Part shown: positions 1-13,916 of the stretch, one piece after another
Layout of the letters: every line of letters begins with the position of its first letter
Position numbering within the stretch: the first letter of the stretch is position 1
NCBI RefSeq assembly: GCF_947568905.1
Contig: NC_079167.1
Location: forward strand, 15,500,001-15,564,000
Source: Ostrea edulis
Lineage: Eukaryota
Length of the DNA: 64,000 bases
Reading direction: 5' to 3'
Notes under the pieces: model-generated
What the model was told of the DNA's origin: nothing
The model's input: the letters and a program-made list of their open reading frames with translations, nothing else
Databases searched by the model: none
Made by a program: the position numbers and the translations under genes

Positions 1-200
1 CTCAAATGTGAACATGGTGAAAAGAAAAAAAGTGCAGTTTGAAAATAACAGATTTATATATAATTATATATATATATATATCATCAATAAAATATTTAGG
101 GTCAGCAGCAAAAACGGAGTTAGGGTCAGGAAACTGGAAACAACATATATAATATATTATTTTGGTCATAGCAGGGTACAGAGTGACTCCTAATATGTTA

Positions 201-1745
201 GGCCACATTTAAAAATATGTTTGTTTCCCCTCTCCCGACCCTAAATTTCAGAGGAAGGTCGGTAAGTAGGTAAAAAGGGTTTTTTTTTTAGCTAGCAGAA
301 TTTTATTTATTATGAAATTCCCATAACCATTAACAATGCCCAATACCAAACGTCATGAAGCACATCATCCATGTTTCCTCATCAAACTCGTATAGTCAGT
401 TCTCGCGTAAATTCTGCTTTGATTGCCACGTTTTGCAATTAGGAAAGGTGTCGATAATTCGGACAGTACTTCATGTATTTTGGAAATGCTCATTATCTAA
501 CCACTAAACTTAGGCATTGGACTACATGTATACATATTGGTTGATTCGACGAACATTGGGTTTCATCAGAATTTTCTCTGCTATTTATACCACATACTAA
601 CACTTAAATAAAGTTAGGGAGAATGTTGCAACTATGGACAATGGTGTTAGTTTTGGACACATGGTGTTATAAAATTGGTAAACTCGGTTGCTGTCTTTTA
701 TTTATGGTTCACTGACATTTTATGCTTTTGTTTTTTGCACATTATCTTAATTTATATATGATAGTGATTTTCATTATATTTTTAAATGATATCGGTAGAT
801 CTAGTTTACCAGAAAACGTTTCAACGGGACTTGATTTTGCCGATCAAACAAAATGGATGCTGACATCAACCAATCAGAGCTGAGTTACACATGTGCATAT
901 AATTAGATGTTTTCCAGTTTGTAAATATAGCATTAGTTCAGAAATAAGTTAAATTGAGAATGCTTCTGATTGACTGTCAAAAATATTGCATCCGTCCGAA
1001 ATATCAACACTTTCCCCTACTGAAGAACACAACTTGCACACTGGATGCCCCGAATTCTCTTGTTTCCTCGCTCCTCGTATAGACAACATTTCTCCATCTC
1101 GATCTTGCAGATCACTAGTCCGAATTGCGAGCCGAATTCAATGTTAAACTCACTTGTAACTAATCAATAAAACAATCATGATTCTTGTACTTATTAATAT
1201 CGATTAAAAGAAAATATCAATCCAAAATTCGATATTAAACAGAAGCCAACAATTGTAGTCAACCGAATTTTCACTGGCATTTGAGCAAACGAGTCTCGTG
1301 ACTCAAAACAAAGCTTGACAGTTTGATAAAATGTTTTCAAGAGACTGTTTATGTGATGAAAGAACCCATAAAATCGATATTAGTAAGTACAAGAAGAATC
1401 GTTTTATTGATTAGTTATGAGCTTAAAATTAAATTCGGCTTGTAAGTATTTGAAATCAGCCAGAGAATGCCGCCTCCAGCTGGAGGCGGCGAAATTTCTA
1501 GATTTCGGACCAGAACACCTCCTGTATTCGTATTGTCATTATTTTTTAATTTTGGATTGAAACCAAAGAAGATATAGAAAATTTTTGTCATTATAAAATA
1601 CTGATCTGCAGCAGAAACGACCTTGAATTTTTCTTCAAATTAAAAAAAAAACTTCACCAGAATGGCGTAAAAAAAACTTATGGGTCGGTGTGAATTTTCA
1701 GACTCGGTCGGGCGAGGGGAAACAAACAATATTTTTATTTTGGCC
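201..1745. mobile_element. Non-autonomous TIR DNA transposon, probably PIF/Harbinger-type
   Basis: ~40-bp imperfect TIRs (GGCCACATTTAAAAATATGTTTGTTTCCCCTCTCCCGACC vs reverse complement of 1703-1745) flanked by TTA at 198-200 and 1746-1748. A 3-bp TWA TSD is typical of PIF/Harbinger. No transposase ORF. Confidence 0.65.
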
Positions 1746-2220
1746 TTATACCCTGGGTGTGGGGTATGCAAAGTGCACACTTTAAAAGTAATAAACTTTA
1801 TAACTGCACAGTTTATTGTAGAAGTTTGAAATAACTAATCAGATTTCCACTTGTGTTGAATAATCGGGAAAAAATCATAATCAATAATTGGTCATAATCG
1901 GAAGAACTGTATCGATCAATGATCGATATAATCGGCATTTACATTTTAGGGTTATTTCTTTTTAATTTTATGCTCGGATATGTGTGCAACATTATATTGA
2001 ACATACACATGTTATATTATATTAGGCTTAACGAGGAATGAAATGTGTTTTCTCTAGTCACAAATCAAATTGGCTTTACTTTTAAGAAAAAAAATCCAGA
2101 CGTCTGACTTGAGTTTCCCTGGGTTGGGATATACAATGTATGTACATAAATATGTATCAAGTTATCAACTAATCCGAGATTCCTCTGACTTTTATATCGA
2201 GACATGTGCGTGTGAGAATT

Positions 2221-2619
2221 AGAGCGGACTCCATATTGAAAAGTGGGAATTCAGCTAATGTAGCTGCTTTGCCTACCTTTTACAACTTTATTTCGCAGAT
2301 CTAGAAAGGATTCAATTATCGGTTGAGTACTTTGATGCCAATTGGAATTTTGTGTATTTGTGTGCTGACGTCATGGGCAAAGAAATCAAATGGCAATTAG
2401 GCGCCCTATGTTAAAGTAATGCTTCATTTATCAGTGTTAGAGCTTTTTACATGGCAATAGCATCATATTAGTCATGCTCAACTTGTAGTATAATCATCTG
2501 ATAACTGAATCCTCGCATCTTGGAAAGTAAACCTGCGAAATAAAGCTGTTAAAGGTAGGCAAAGCAGCGACAATAGCTAGTGTCACTGAATTTCCACTTT
2601 TCAATATGGAGTCCACTCT
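2221..2619. mobile_element. MITE-like element with ~80-bp inverted arms
   Basis: AGAGCGGACTCCATATTGAAAAGTGGGAATTCAG... at 2221 is mirrored by ...CTGAATTTCCACTTTTCAATATGGAGTCCACTCT ending at 2619. No clear TSD. Confidence 0.55.
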
Positions 2620-2809
2620 GACTCTGCCCCGTACATATCACGATATAAAATCGGGGTTAACAGTCAGAAGAATCTTGGATTAGTTATCAACTAGTGTACG
2701 GCGACAATTGATTATGAAAAATATAATCGGAATCAAAGAGCCAAAAACGATCGACAGTCGATTGTCAGCGACAATCGTTTCATCCCTAATTTCCACAATT
2801 TTCTTACAG

Positions 2810-2975
2810 GTTATATCTGAAGAGTCGGATATTAGACCAGTCAGTTTTCGATTCATAGACAATGTTAATTCAAATAATGAGGAAGTGGAGAAATTAGTCA
2901 AAAGTGATATGTCAGTGCCATTTAATAAGGTGTCTGTTTGGGTTGACCCACTAGATGCTACTCAAGAATATAAAG
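2810..2975 (+). CDS. BPNT2: Golgi-resident PAP 3'-phosphatase (inositol monophosphatase family), internal exon
   Basis: ttcttacag acceptor and G|gtaag donor. Encodes VISEE...VSVWVDPLDATQEY, the IMPase-family DPxDxT metal-binding motif as in IMPAD1/BPNT2. Upstream exon(s) were not found in the window. Confidence 0.9.
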
Positions 2976-3434
2976 GTAAGTTTGTTTTACTTATGCTTTA
3001 TGTCTATTTGTGGCGTGGTTTTCAATGCCCCAGACAGTAAAAACATGCAGAATTTGCAATCCAGATTTAATAAAACTTGGAATTTGATTATCACTTGATG
3101 TCAATCGAGACACTGACAGAGTGACAAACTAAATGTATAGTTGTAATGCTGTATTAAGAAGGGGTGGCTGCAACTAAGCATTTCATGGATTCATGAATTT
3201 GAAGTTGTTCAGGTAAACATTTAATGTTTTGATTAGACAAAACTAAAGCTGAATGAGAATTTACACATCAATAAATCCGAAAATGCAATGCATTCAAAGG
3301 TGCCTAAAACAAAAAACATAATGTTTGGAGACTCAGTGGGGAACTATTCAAATTTTTGAATCTGTATAGTGAACAAATTGGAGTTATAAGAATCAAACAA
3401 TTTTGAAAACTCCGGACATTTAGTCAAAACTTTT

Positions 3435-4125
3435 ATTCAGTTTGTGAGTAAAATGTCATTGCAACTGATGAGATAGATGCAGTTATTGCATTTGCAGGAA
3501 AAGTTTCCCAATATTTTATAACTGCGACCTGTGACAGGACTGCTAAAACCTTCAGTGTCTGAGCTATATTTGCATAATTGACATTTGAGGTCTGAGCATT
3601 TTTTGAAACCTCCATTACTATACGTAGCTGAGGCCTCAACGGGGAGTTTGACCTGGGTAAAGGTTTATTCAGTTTGGTCCTTACTACCATGTCCTTCAGG
3701 TTTCGGAGCGTCTGAAGGATGCCATTTGTGGTTCCTTAAAAACACCAACCATTCGTTTATTGGCATACAGAATGGGCTGGTGTCTTCTAAGAATACCATT
3801 GATGTTCTTGAGAGCGGGATGATACCTAGTGACTAATGGAACCCTGTCATTCTGAGGTACTGGAGGAGGGATTGTCGGTCCTGTCGTGACATCTTATCAA
3901 TCGCGGACTGTACCTTGCAAGGAACATATCATTGGTTTGTGGGACACCCTAAGGTCGAAACCAGTCAACCAAATAAAATTTTTACTGCATTCTCATGATG
4001 TGTTGGTGATCTGTTTTATTTCTTCAAGTTTATACTTTTCAATTTGGATCCAGACCCTGTTGAATACCGCATGGTATCCTCTCATGAGAATCTTCCGTAA
4101 TTTTAACCTCAAGGTGTTGGTCTCC
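3435..4125 (-). mobile_element. Degenerate Penelope-like element fragment (RT thumb, Cys linker, start of GIY-YIG), intronic
   Basis: Minus strand reads RVPLVTRYHPALKNINGILRRHQPIL...FKEPQMASFRR/LKDMVVRTKL, then GFKKCSDLKCQLCKY...FSSPVTGRSYKILGNFSCKCNNCIYLISC, with frameshifts. Confidence 0.8.
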
Positions 4126-4204
4126 AGTTAATTACTTTTTTGACTTTGTTCATATGTAATACAGTTTAACATGACCTTAATACATGTATATAATCACATT
4201 GCAG

Positions 4205-4300
4205 AGAATTTGAGGGAGTATGTGACAGTGATGATATGTGTGGCCGTCAATGGGCAGCCAACCATTGGAGTCATCCACAAACCATTTGAGAAAAAAACAG
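4205..4300 (+). CDS. BPNT2: BPNT2/IMPAD1 exon
   Basis: cattgcag acceptor and G|gtaac donor, phase 1/1. Encodes [28 protein letters not shown], matching IMPAD1 [28 protein letters not shown]. Confidence 0.92.
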
Positions 4301-4851
4301 GTAACAACTGGATAGATCTAGAATTTGTAAGATTATTAATATTTTTCAAATTCTTCCCACTCTTATTTTATGTCCATACAGATTTTACTCAAGTATAATA
4401 AAGCAGCCTTTGATCTGTTAAATCATTTGAAGAAATTCAAAACATTGCTAGGGTAGATTTTTACAGGAAGACTTCAAGTTTGCGAAAAATTTCCCAAAAT
4501 TTTGATGTATGTTCCTTGCTAGGGATTGTTTTCCACTGCATGTGGGTCTGTTAAAAGGCATCAGTCCTGACTGAAAATTCGCACAACTAACAACAAACTG
4601 AAAAACTTATCAGCTAGACAAGCATTACAGGACAATAAACTTCATTCAAAATATTTAGCTATGCTTAGAAAGTTGGTTCTCCATTTTGGGGAAACTGATG
4701 TGCTGTATGAGAATGGGACTAATTATTATATCCTAGTTTCACAGAATCCAGCATTATGACAGACATACTGCGATGTGTACTGAAGTGCTGGTAGATCTGG
4801 ATCCGCCCATCTAATTTCATATTGATGCTTATATGTATTTTCATGTTACAG

Positions 4852-5025
4852 TGTGGGCTTGGGTGGGTGTTGGACATTCCTCTAACCTCCAAACTATCAA
4901 AAACAGTCGGGAAGAAGGTGATCCTCACAACATCATCATATCCCGCTCCCACACAGGAGATGTGGCCGACAGTGTCCGCAAAAGTTTGGGAAATAATACC
5001 CATATTATTTTTGCAGGAGGGGCAG
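4852..5025 (+). CDS. BPNT2: BPNT2/IMPAD1 exon
   Basis: gttacag acceptor and G|gtaag donor. Encodes VWAWVG...IIISRSHTGDV...THIIFAGGAG (SRSH and AGGAG motifs). Confidence 0.92.
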
Positions 5026-5089
5026 GTAAGTCACAAAAGTGGCAAAGTGGCACCATACTCTTCAGATGAAAATTCATATATATGTATGA

Positions 5090-7900
5090 GTAAACTCAGA
5101 TGACCTTTTGCAATTAGTTGTCATTCATTGTGCGTTATGCATTGTGCGTTAGCAACTGAACATTTTTAACTTCGTCTTGGTAACTACCATTCCAATTCTT
5201 TTCAAATTTGCTATGAAACATCATTGGGACAAGGACGACATAGATTGTAAATTTCAGGACTCCTTGGGCCTGAGGCAAAAACTGCCAAAATGGACCAATT
5301 TTCAAAACTCTTCCTCTCTACAACCATGCTTGTGTAAAAAAAAAACCCAAAAAACTAAATGCATAGTGATGTAGAGCAGGAAGGCCTCTACCAAAATTGT
5401 AAATTTCATGATCTCTGGGGTAGGGGATCTGACCCCCAGGGTAGGGCCAAACTTGGTACATACCATTTATGTGTACAACATTTAAAGGGTTTTTACCACG
5501 ATTTTTATTGCTTGTAAATTTATATGAAAATGTGGTGTTTTAAATCATGCTGGTATTATTTTTTCGATATAAAGCGTGCTTTAGTGATTATTTTGTATCG
5601 AAAGTACAAAAAGCCAGATATGCATATTATCGTCGAAGATTTTCATGCCATTAGTATGTATTGTCCTACGTATCAATCGTGGTGAAGCGAGAAAGCATGA
5701 AAACATTTAAACAAGTTGTGAACAGCACATACAGCAGGCTATTGATACCATTACAAATTGGAGAGATTCATGATGCTGCGTGCTTACGTAATGGAAAAAA
5801 ATTGCAACTATATAATGGATAACAGCCTCCCCCCCCCCCCCCCCCCCCCCATTCCACTATTTTTATTTTATAGTAGTGAATGGGACGATTATAAGGTAGA
5901 GGTTATGAATGACTATTGGCCCCATGTATTAAATGACAAGTAACCCCCCCACCTCTCCCTCTTAATCACACACTATATACGATTTAAGAAGTCGATAGAT
6001 TTTCAGATTGGTAATTTTAGAATCTGGTAGGCACCCTCCCCTCCCCTTTGAAAAAAAAGATCATAAATGAAATGGATATCGGTAAATCGGCCTGTTTCCT
6101 TCAACACGATGTAGGTTAATGCACCAATCTAATTAAAAGCAGATCTTCTCCAGTGTAACGGTTAGAGAAGAACTGATTTTAATTAGATTGGCTAATACAT
6201 GTACAGACCTGTAATGCTTTAAAAAAAGAATATTAGGATCTACAAGGGAACATGAAATTTTTGTGAACGAAAAGTGTCATTCTATGATAAGACATTGTTG
6301 TCGAATACCTATGGGTGATCTCGTTTTTTACTCATCGTCGGATACCTATGGATGATCTCGATTTTTACTCGACGAGATCACCCATGGGTATCTGACGATG
6401 AATCATGATGATAAGATAGATATTTACCAAAACGTTCCACCCTTTCTGTGATCGGGATCTCCGTCCGAGTCCGTTAATGTCGTACATAATGTTAGGCTAT
6501 TGTTTGCTGACAGAATTTCTCTTAGATTTGGCACAGCGACAGGTTCAAACATGTATGGCTGAATCTTAAATACTAATGGGATGTCATCGATGTCGGAAGA
6601 CTAACTATCCATTCGGTATAATATATGACTTTCGATACAATCTATTCACACACACATACATGATCATACATAGCTGCTGCAGCACATTGACACATATGAC
6701 GTCATGACGTATCACGTGACTAGATAGCTCATTAGTGACGATTTGTGAAGCGGAAGCTTTGAATATGTGCAGATAAAATGCATGTTTGTATCAATTATTG
6801 GGAGTAATGAAACAATATAACAGCAGAAACGTGCTTTATTAAGGTTACTCCTTCTGATTTTATTACATTAAAAATCGTGGTAAAAACCCTTTAAATAACA
6901 TTTTCTTTAGTTAAGCACTATTGATACTAGAGTAAAACTAAATAGATATTTAGAAAGAGCAGGTAGTCCTTTACCAAAATTATAAACTTGATGATCCCAG
7001 GGGTAGGGGTTTTGGTATCAGGGTGGAGCCAAAATGGTCAGTTATGAAATATGTGAACAATAGAACATTTTTAACTTTTTGATAACTACCATTCCAATTC
7101 TTTTCAAATTTTGTAGAAAACATCATTGGAACAGGGGGGGGGGGGGCTTAAATTGTAAATTTTTGGATTCCTGCACCCCTGGGGCCTTAGGGGCAGGGCA
7201 AAAATTAACCAATTTTAAAGATTTTTCTTTTTTACAACCGCACATGTGTAGAAAAACTAAATGCATAGTGATGTAGATCAGGAAGACTTCTACCAAAATT
7301 GTATATTTCATGATCCCCGGGGTAGAGGTTGTGACAACAGGAAGGAGCCAAACTTAGTGTATACAGTGTAATATGTGTAAAACATTTAGATAATGCCTTT
7401 TTTAATGCTATTGATACTAAATTGAAACTAAATAGATATTTAGAAGGAGTAGGCAGTCCTTGACCAAAATTGTAAATTTCATAATCCTCGGGGTAAGGGT
7501 TTGGTTCCCAGGTCGATCCAAATTTATCATAGTGATATGTTTTCTTTATCATTTGAAATACTTCTTGAAGTTTGCCGATATGGTATGAAAACTAAATGCA
7601 TATTTAGGAAAAGCAGAAAAGGATTTACCAAACTTGTGAATTTCGCAACCCCAGGGTATTGACTCAAGGATTTGTCCAAATTAGTCATATTGTGTTAATG
7701 TTATGTATGTCATATTATGTAAAGCCTTTTATTACTATAGGCACCTTTGAGGGCATTTTAAGAAAGATGTAATCTTAAAAAACTTATACATGTACTTTTT
7801 TTAATATAGTATTCAAAACAAGAAATTTTTTCTAGAATTCATAGGTTTTTGGATTAGTGATACTCATAACTAATACTCAGGTGACCGATAAGGCCTGTGG
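5090..7900 (+). mobile_element. Helentron-like non-autonomous element with internal ~165-bp satellite-type repeats, interrupted by a TTAA-TSD element
   Basis: Repeated CTACCAAAATTGTAAATTTCATGATCCCC...GGGGTAGGGG modules. Ends in TCAGGTGACCGATAAGGCCTGTGG, similar to the terminus of the 18446-19720 element. The sequence rejoins across 5486-6890. Confidence 0.55.
5486..6890. mobile_element. Non-autonomous Kolobok-type DNA transposon
   Basis: 22-bp TIR AGGGTTTTTACCACGATTTTTA at both ends, with TTAA TSD at 5482-5485 and 6891-6894. AG...CT termini inside TTAA fit Kolobok rather than piggyBac (CC...GG). Confidence 0.7.
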
Positions 7901-8050
7901 TAAGAACTCTTCAGGCAAAATAAAATTTGGTCACATGACCAACTGGATATCGCATCCCAATAAAATTATCATGATGTTATCTTTCTTGATTGAGTGCAAT
8001 ACTTGTCTGTTGAGTGAAACAGAACAATGATTAAAGTGTTGTATTTTCAG

Positions 8051-8316
8051 GTTTTAAAACACTAGAAGTCATAGAAGGGAGAGCTGATGCTTATGTACAC
8101 ACCACAAGAATAAAGAAGTGGGATATATGTGCTGGGAATGCCATTTTATCTGCATTTCATGGGAAAATGACTACTTTAGAAGGGGCATTCATAGACTACT
8201 CTTCTCGAAAAGAAGTGAGAAATAATGATGGTTTGTTAGCAACTCTTTATGATCATTACAAATATTTAGAACAACATGTCGCCAAACCAATGGAGCACAA
8301 CAAAGATATAAGGTAG
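8051..8316 (+). CDS. BPNT2: BPNT2/IMPAD1 last coding exon
   Basis: tattttcag acceptor. Encodes GFKTLEVIEGRADAYVHTTRIKKWDICAGNAILSAFHGKMTTLEG...DGLLATL, then TAG at 8314-8316. The four exons sum to 702 nt, in frame. Confidence 0.9.
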
Positions 8317-11300
8317 TGGAAGATTTAGCGTGAGATGGTGGAAGCCTCAGCATAGGAGGAAGATAGAGCATCAAAAGGTGGAAGATTCAGCAGGACTTGT
8401 TATCCAGTGATATTTGTATGCATCAAGAAACACGCCATTCATCTTTCTCATAAGTGTAGATGTTTCAGTTTAAATGTATTGTGTGTATGAGAGTTCATAT
8501 ACGGAGGACATGTGTAGTTGATAAGAGTGTTGAGAAGCCTTTTTGAAAGGGTTTGATGTACATAATGATTATATTGTGACAAATCAGAGCAAAATATTAG
8601 CTCCAAAACTGTAGCTCTCGGGGGGAACAATTGCAATATATATTTACCAAAGAGGAACAAATCTACCCCCTATAGAAACCTTTGGTTTTACAGTGCAGCT
8701 TTTTCTGCACATGAATGAGGTCTTATGTTGCTGTATTCTTATGTTGCTGTCTCAAAATTATGATGTGAAAACAATCCTAATATTTTTTCTTGCTGTATTT
8801 GTGTTAAAACATACCTAAATCATTCATTCAGTCGTTTTGTTTGTTGACAAAGTAAATCCCCTTTTCCCCAGAGCTACAGTAAAATAAACAATCCTCAGGG
8901 AACGAAGTAGACGCCAAAAGGTAGCGTGAGACGATGTATAATTAATGCTTTATGATTTCTTCTGTATGGAAAACTTTAGCTTGGTTTTATTTAGCAATTG
9001 TTTTGAAGATTCTTTCAATTTGCATTGCCAAATTTGAAGTTAAGTAGGTATCACTGCAACAAACAGTTTTAAATTTAGTGGATTCTCAAATTGTAATCAC
9101 TAGTCTAGGGTTATTGGTACCTTTCATTTTTTTAAATCTGCACAATTCTACGTTCACCAAAAATAGTCCGTAAACAGCGGTATGAAATTTTTCATATTTT
9201 GTATGCAAAGAAAATTCTGTCATTTATGAAGAAAAGATGATTTAAGACAATCAGGCAAAAGTTCATAAGATTCTGAATGAAAGACTGATTGATGCTTTTG
9301 TGTATTGAATCCATTTGTATATTGTTTGTGTATCTACAGGTCAGAGTGATTGTAATAATGGTAGCAAATTTTTAATATACCAGTGTTTACCAATATTTAT
9401 AAACAATATGTCCAAAGGTATTGTTGTATGCACAGCAACAAAATTGTAGATGGAGTGGGGGTTATATATTGGAATCAGGTTGTTAGTCTGTCTTTAACCG
9501 CAATTGTTTCCAGGCTCTTAAAAAACTAATAGCATTGTCTCTCCACTTGAATGAATCTTTATACACGGACTTAGTATGAATGAGGAGGATGTGTCGGATT
9601 GATTTTAGGGTCAAAAGGTCAAAGATCTAGCTCATTGGTCAAACGGTTTTCCTGACTTTTTTTCATTACGGATACAGATATTGCCCTGAAACTTAGTCAC
9701 AAGCTTCCTCTCAAAGGAATACAATTTCAGTTTGCATTTCTTTAGGGCTGAAAGTAGGTCAAACAGTTTTCCAGATTTTTTGGTTATGGATACAGGTATT
9801 GTCCTGAAATGTAGTCACAACCTTCCTCTCAGAGAAATACAGATCCAGTTTGCATTTCAGCTTAGTGTGTGCACTGTGACCTACTTTATGGCTAAAAGTA
9901 GGTTAAATAGTTTCCCTGGACTTTTTCTCATTATGGATACAGATATTGCACTCAATTTTTTTTCATCACTGTCTGATGGGCACATGATGTACCATTTACA
10001 GTACTCTTGTTAGATAATATTTCTATCATCCTTTAAACTTTAAAGATTTGCTTGAAGGCCAGGGGTTAATAAATTATACTAGTATCCCTTGATTAGATAA
10101 ATGAACTAAAAAAGTAATGCACTTTAGATTTTCAGAACACATATTCATTGTGGTCTAAGTTATGTTATTTACATCAGTTCCTGTAGTGTTGTAACTAAAT
10201 GAATTACTTTACACTTCCACTGTGAACGCTGAACAGTTCCGTTCTGGTAAATGTGGATTTCATTATCGTTATTACCACATGTACTACCATTCCAATTTAA
10301 CAAAATTTTATTATTTTTATTGGTGCCCCTTTTTGCGATATTAGTACATGTGTATTATGCTTTAATTTGCATTGGGTTCATGAATCAAAATCATGATAAG
10401 AAGTGTGACCTTGACTTCTGTTCTTTTAACACTAAAATCTCTTTGAAGTTTTCTATTCTTTCATTTGCATATTTATTTATTATCTACATGCAGATGCTAT
10501 ATTTTCTTTTTCATTCATTTGATACATATACATAACTATGCCTTGGCACCTGTGGTGCATTTGGGATTTTTTTTATTAGATTATTTTATTTTTATGAATT
10601 TTTTATTAAAGTCCACAAAACTGATAAATATAAAGTAACTTTATAGAATATTAAATGAAAAATTACAAAGGTTAATGTATTATTTATTTCAATATTTAAA
10701 ATTCTTCGCTACAGATGGACATCTTACAAACTAACTGAATGCATAAATTTATGATGAATATAGTGGTCTCTACCAAAATAATGACACCATGGTTGGGGAT
10801 TCTTGCCAGTGCATGTATGCCCAGTTTGGAGTTTCTGAACAGTTGAACTGCCAAACAGTACATTTCCTTTCCGTATAGTAAATCGTCAATAACACAGTAT
10901 GTTCTTTATGAATAGTTAAATGCTTGTATAGTAGTTATTTTTATTGATGTTATAGAGGTACAAGGTGCTAGATTTTGTTGTTGGATTACATGTTTTATAT
11001 GTTGCAGGATGTTGATATGCTTTAATAGTTGCAGTTAACGATACTAGTCATAAGGGAATATTTGGTTGACGAGATGCATGTTATATTCTACTTGAGGACA
11101 TTATGACCTAAGACTCTAGGTAATAATTGATGCATACATTTTTAAATGTCCGAAACATTCTGAAAACCTGAAAATTTGAACCCACCCTCTAATGTTATGT
11201 TGTGTACTATTTGAACAACAGATTGCAAAAGTATACATTGATTTATAAAAATATTGAATAATGTTCCAGTTATTGTGGAACCTGTATGAGGTTCGAGACT

Positions 11301-11597
11301 TTGTGCATCTTTTTATAGCTAACTAATTATATACATGTATTATGTGAACAAAAATTTAACATATTTTAAATCTCTGGCATTTGTTTTTCATTTTTCTCAC
11401 TATTTGTGTAACTTTTTGATGTAAAGGTAAATGATATTAATGATAGAATAATTTTGGTCAAATGCATATTATTTAATTGGCCATTCTCACAAAAGTGATG
11501 TTACAGGGATGTTGGTACATGTGCATTTCTTAATCAATGCAAGCTGGTTTTTTCCTTAGTAACCACTGAAAATGTATGAAGTTGTGCATGTAATTAA

Positions 11598-12920
11598 CAG
11601 TCTGGTATTCACAGTATTGTTTTTTGACAGAGCCTGTATGCAGTATGTGGGATGTTTATTTTCACAGTCTGGTACACATTGTTTTTCATAGAGCCTGTAT
11701 ACAGTATGTGGGATGTTTATTTTCACAGTCTGGTACACATTGTTTTTGACAGAGCCTGTATGTGGGATGTTTATCTTAACAGTCTGGTACGCAGTGTTTT
11801 TGACAGAGCCTGTATGCAGTATGTGGGATGTTTATTTTAACAGTCTGATACACAATGTTTTTGACAGAGCCTGTACCGTATTTTGCCGAATATAATACGC
11901 AGTGGTGTTTAATACGCACCCCCCACTATGAGCCTAAAAGTTGGTGAAAAAACGCACTTCGGGTGTATAATACGCAGCAAAAATTTTGACTAAGCGGTAA
12001 TCTTTATTTTATACTTGGTGTTAATTTTCACTTAATGTTTTTGCAGAAATAATGAATTCTAAACAACGCACAATAATTTGCAAACTTTTTGAGATGAGGT
12101 CTACATCGCGGTAATCTTCAATGAGAATCTTCAGGGAAATATCAACCCGGACAAGCCTGTTCATTTCAGCAAAGCACGAGATTTTGTAGCATTAAAGTCT
12201 TAACTGACTCGATATTTCCTTTGTTGAAACTTAAAATCAATCAAATAGCCATTTCTTTACCCGGAGGGGGTATTTAACAAAAGCAGTGTACACAACAATG
12301 GCTTCGTAAAACACACGCTTTTACGCAAGAATAGTTATTTCAAAGATTCAAATAAGTATTTCATTAAAAATTAGGCCTATTCATAAAACTTACAGTAAAC
12401 AAACTTTTAGCAAGTGACAAAATTATTTTCCAACAATTTTAGCACGTGTCAAGGCATTATTGTGTACACATGCTTTCAATAATGGCGGCATGCGATGTAA
12501 TGAATAGTCAGATCCAATGCAATTTGATTGGTTGTTTGTTTCATGATAATTGAAGTATTTAGATATTGTATATATATCACATTTTCTGCAATTTTACGTT
12601 TCTGTAGTAATTTTCTTGAGGTCGAATTTTCTACTTAATAAATAGGTGAACGTGAAAAGGCGTACAGTATCCGAAGCCTTGGTCTTTGAGTGAAATATTA
12701 CACTACTTAATCGCCGAGTTTCATCTGGAAAAAAGGTCAAAAACCTATTGTGGTATATAATACGCACCCCTTTCTGGCACAAAAATATTCTCTAAAAAAA
12801 GTGCGTATTATATTCGGCAAAATACGGTATACTGTTTGTGGGATGTTTATTTCAACAGTCTGATACACAATGTTTTTGACAGAGCCTGTATGCAGTATCT
12901 GGGATGTTTATTTTACAGTC
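11598..12920. repeat. ~61-bp minisatellite, interrupted by a TA-TSD transposon
   Basis: Unit CAGTCTGGTACACATTGTTTTTGACAGAGCCTGTATGCAGTATGTGGGATGTTTATTTT repeats over 11598-11875 and resumes at 12828-12920. Confidence 0.85.
11876..12827. mobile_element. Non-autonomous Tc1/mariner-superfamily (Tc2/pogo-like) element
   Basis: Perfect 26-bp TIR CCGTATTTTGCCGAATATAATACGCA, with TA TSD at 11874-11875 and 12828-12829. No transposase ORF. Confidence 0.8.
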
Positions 12921-13879
12921 CACTTTTAAGCTGTGAAAAGAATTCATTGGTAAACCCAACACGAACAATGGAGTAAATGTTTCTTATGTTCATCTGTTTT
13001 AGTTCATTTGAGCTATAAGGTAGTGAACTTTTATGCTTGTTGAAGTTTGTCAATCATGTGTTTGTCTTTCAACTTTAATATCATGACTGGACCATTTTCA
13101 AGGAAACCCTTGATTCATCTAAAGTAAAGGATTGTTTGAGTAAAAGCCACACACACCATTCCAAGGGGAGGTAATTAAGATGGGGAAGACCGAGAAGAAT
13201 CAGTATCTGATAGTTTTTTCAAACCATGACTACCAGTCAGATTAAAGGTTACAGGGCATTTTTAGCATGCATATAGTAATTATTGTCTGACTGATAACTA
13301 GAGAAACCCTTTCTGATAGTCATCAAACTTAATAGGCAGCTTGTTTATGATTTGTAAAGGAGCGTTATTGATTTTCAGGTCAAAGGTTGTGGAAGATGAT
13401 CTCTGTTGATTTGCAGGTGAAAAGTCAAAGGTCTTACTAACTTGCATACAGCCATTATCCAACTGATAAATAGAGAACCCTATACCTGATGGTTATCAAA
13501 AGCTTTGGCAGATTGATCATGCCTTGGAGATTGCAGGTTAAAAGGTTACGTTTTCTAAACATGAATTTCAATAACAAACATGTTTTGTTTCTCAATTTTA
13601 TAGTATGCCAGCATTAGTTGAACTAGGTGTGTATTTCACACTCTCTTTTGAGAGAGCTGGTGCCAAGAAGGGGTCCAGATTCTGCTGTAGATATTGCTGT
13701 GTTCAGTCCAATGCCAAACAAGGTGCCACAATAAGGATCCAAAAGTTTACATGGAGTATTAGCGCGAGTTTTAAGAATATTCTGAAGAACAATTGCAACA
13801 ATTTATCAAATTAATGAGAAAGAATTCATATTACTACAAATTGAAGGCAATTTTAAGGTTTGTTGAATCATACGCTTTT

Positions 13880-13916
<37 letters not shown>

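Noticed and set aside
2708-2809. N-terminal part of ORF 2708-3040 as the BPNT2 start
   Set aside because: It is intronic read-through. Homology begins at the acceptor at 2810, and the TM-bearing N-terminus is not in the window.
13882-13915. Long poly-C tract (also 5828-5850) and (CT)n tracts at ~32045-32100 and ~59567-59601
   Set aside because: These are ordinary simple repeats with no evidence of function.
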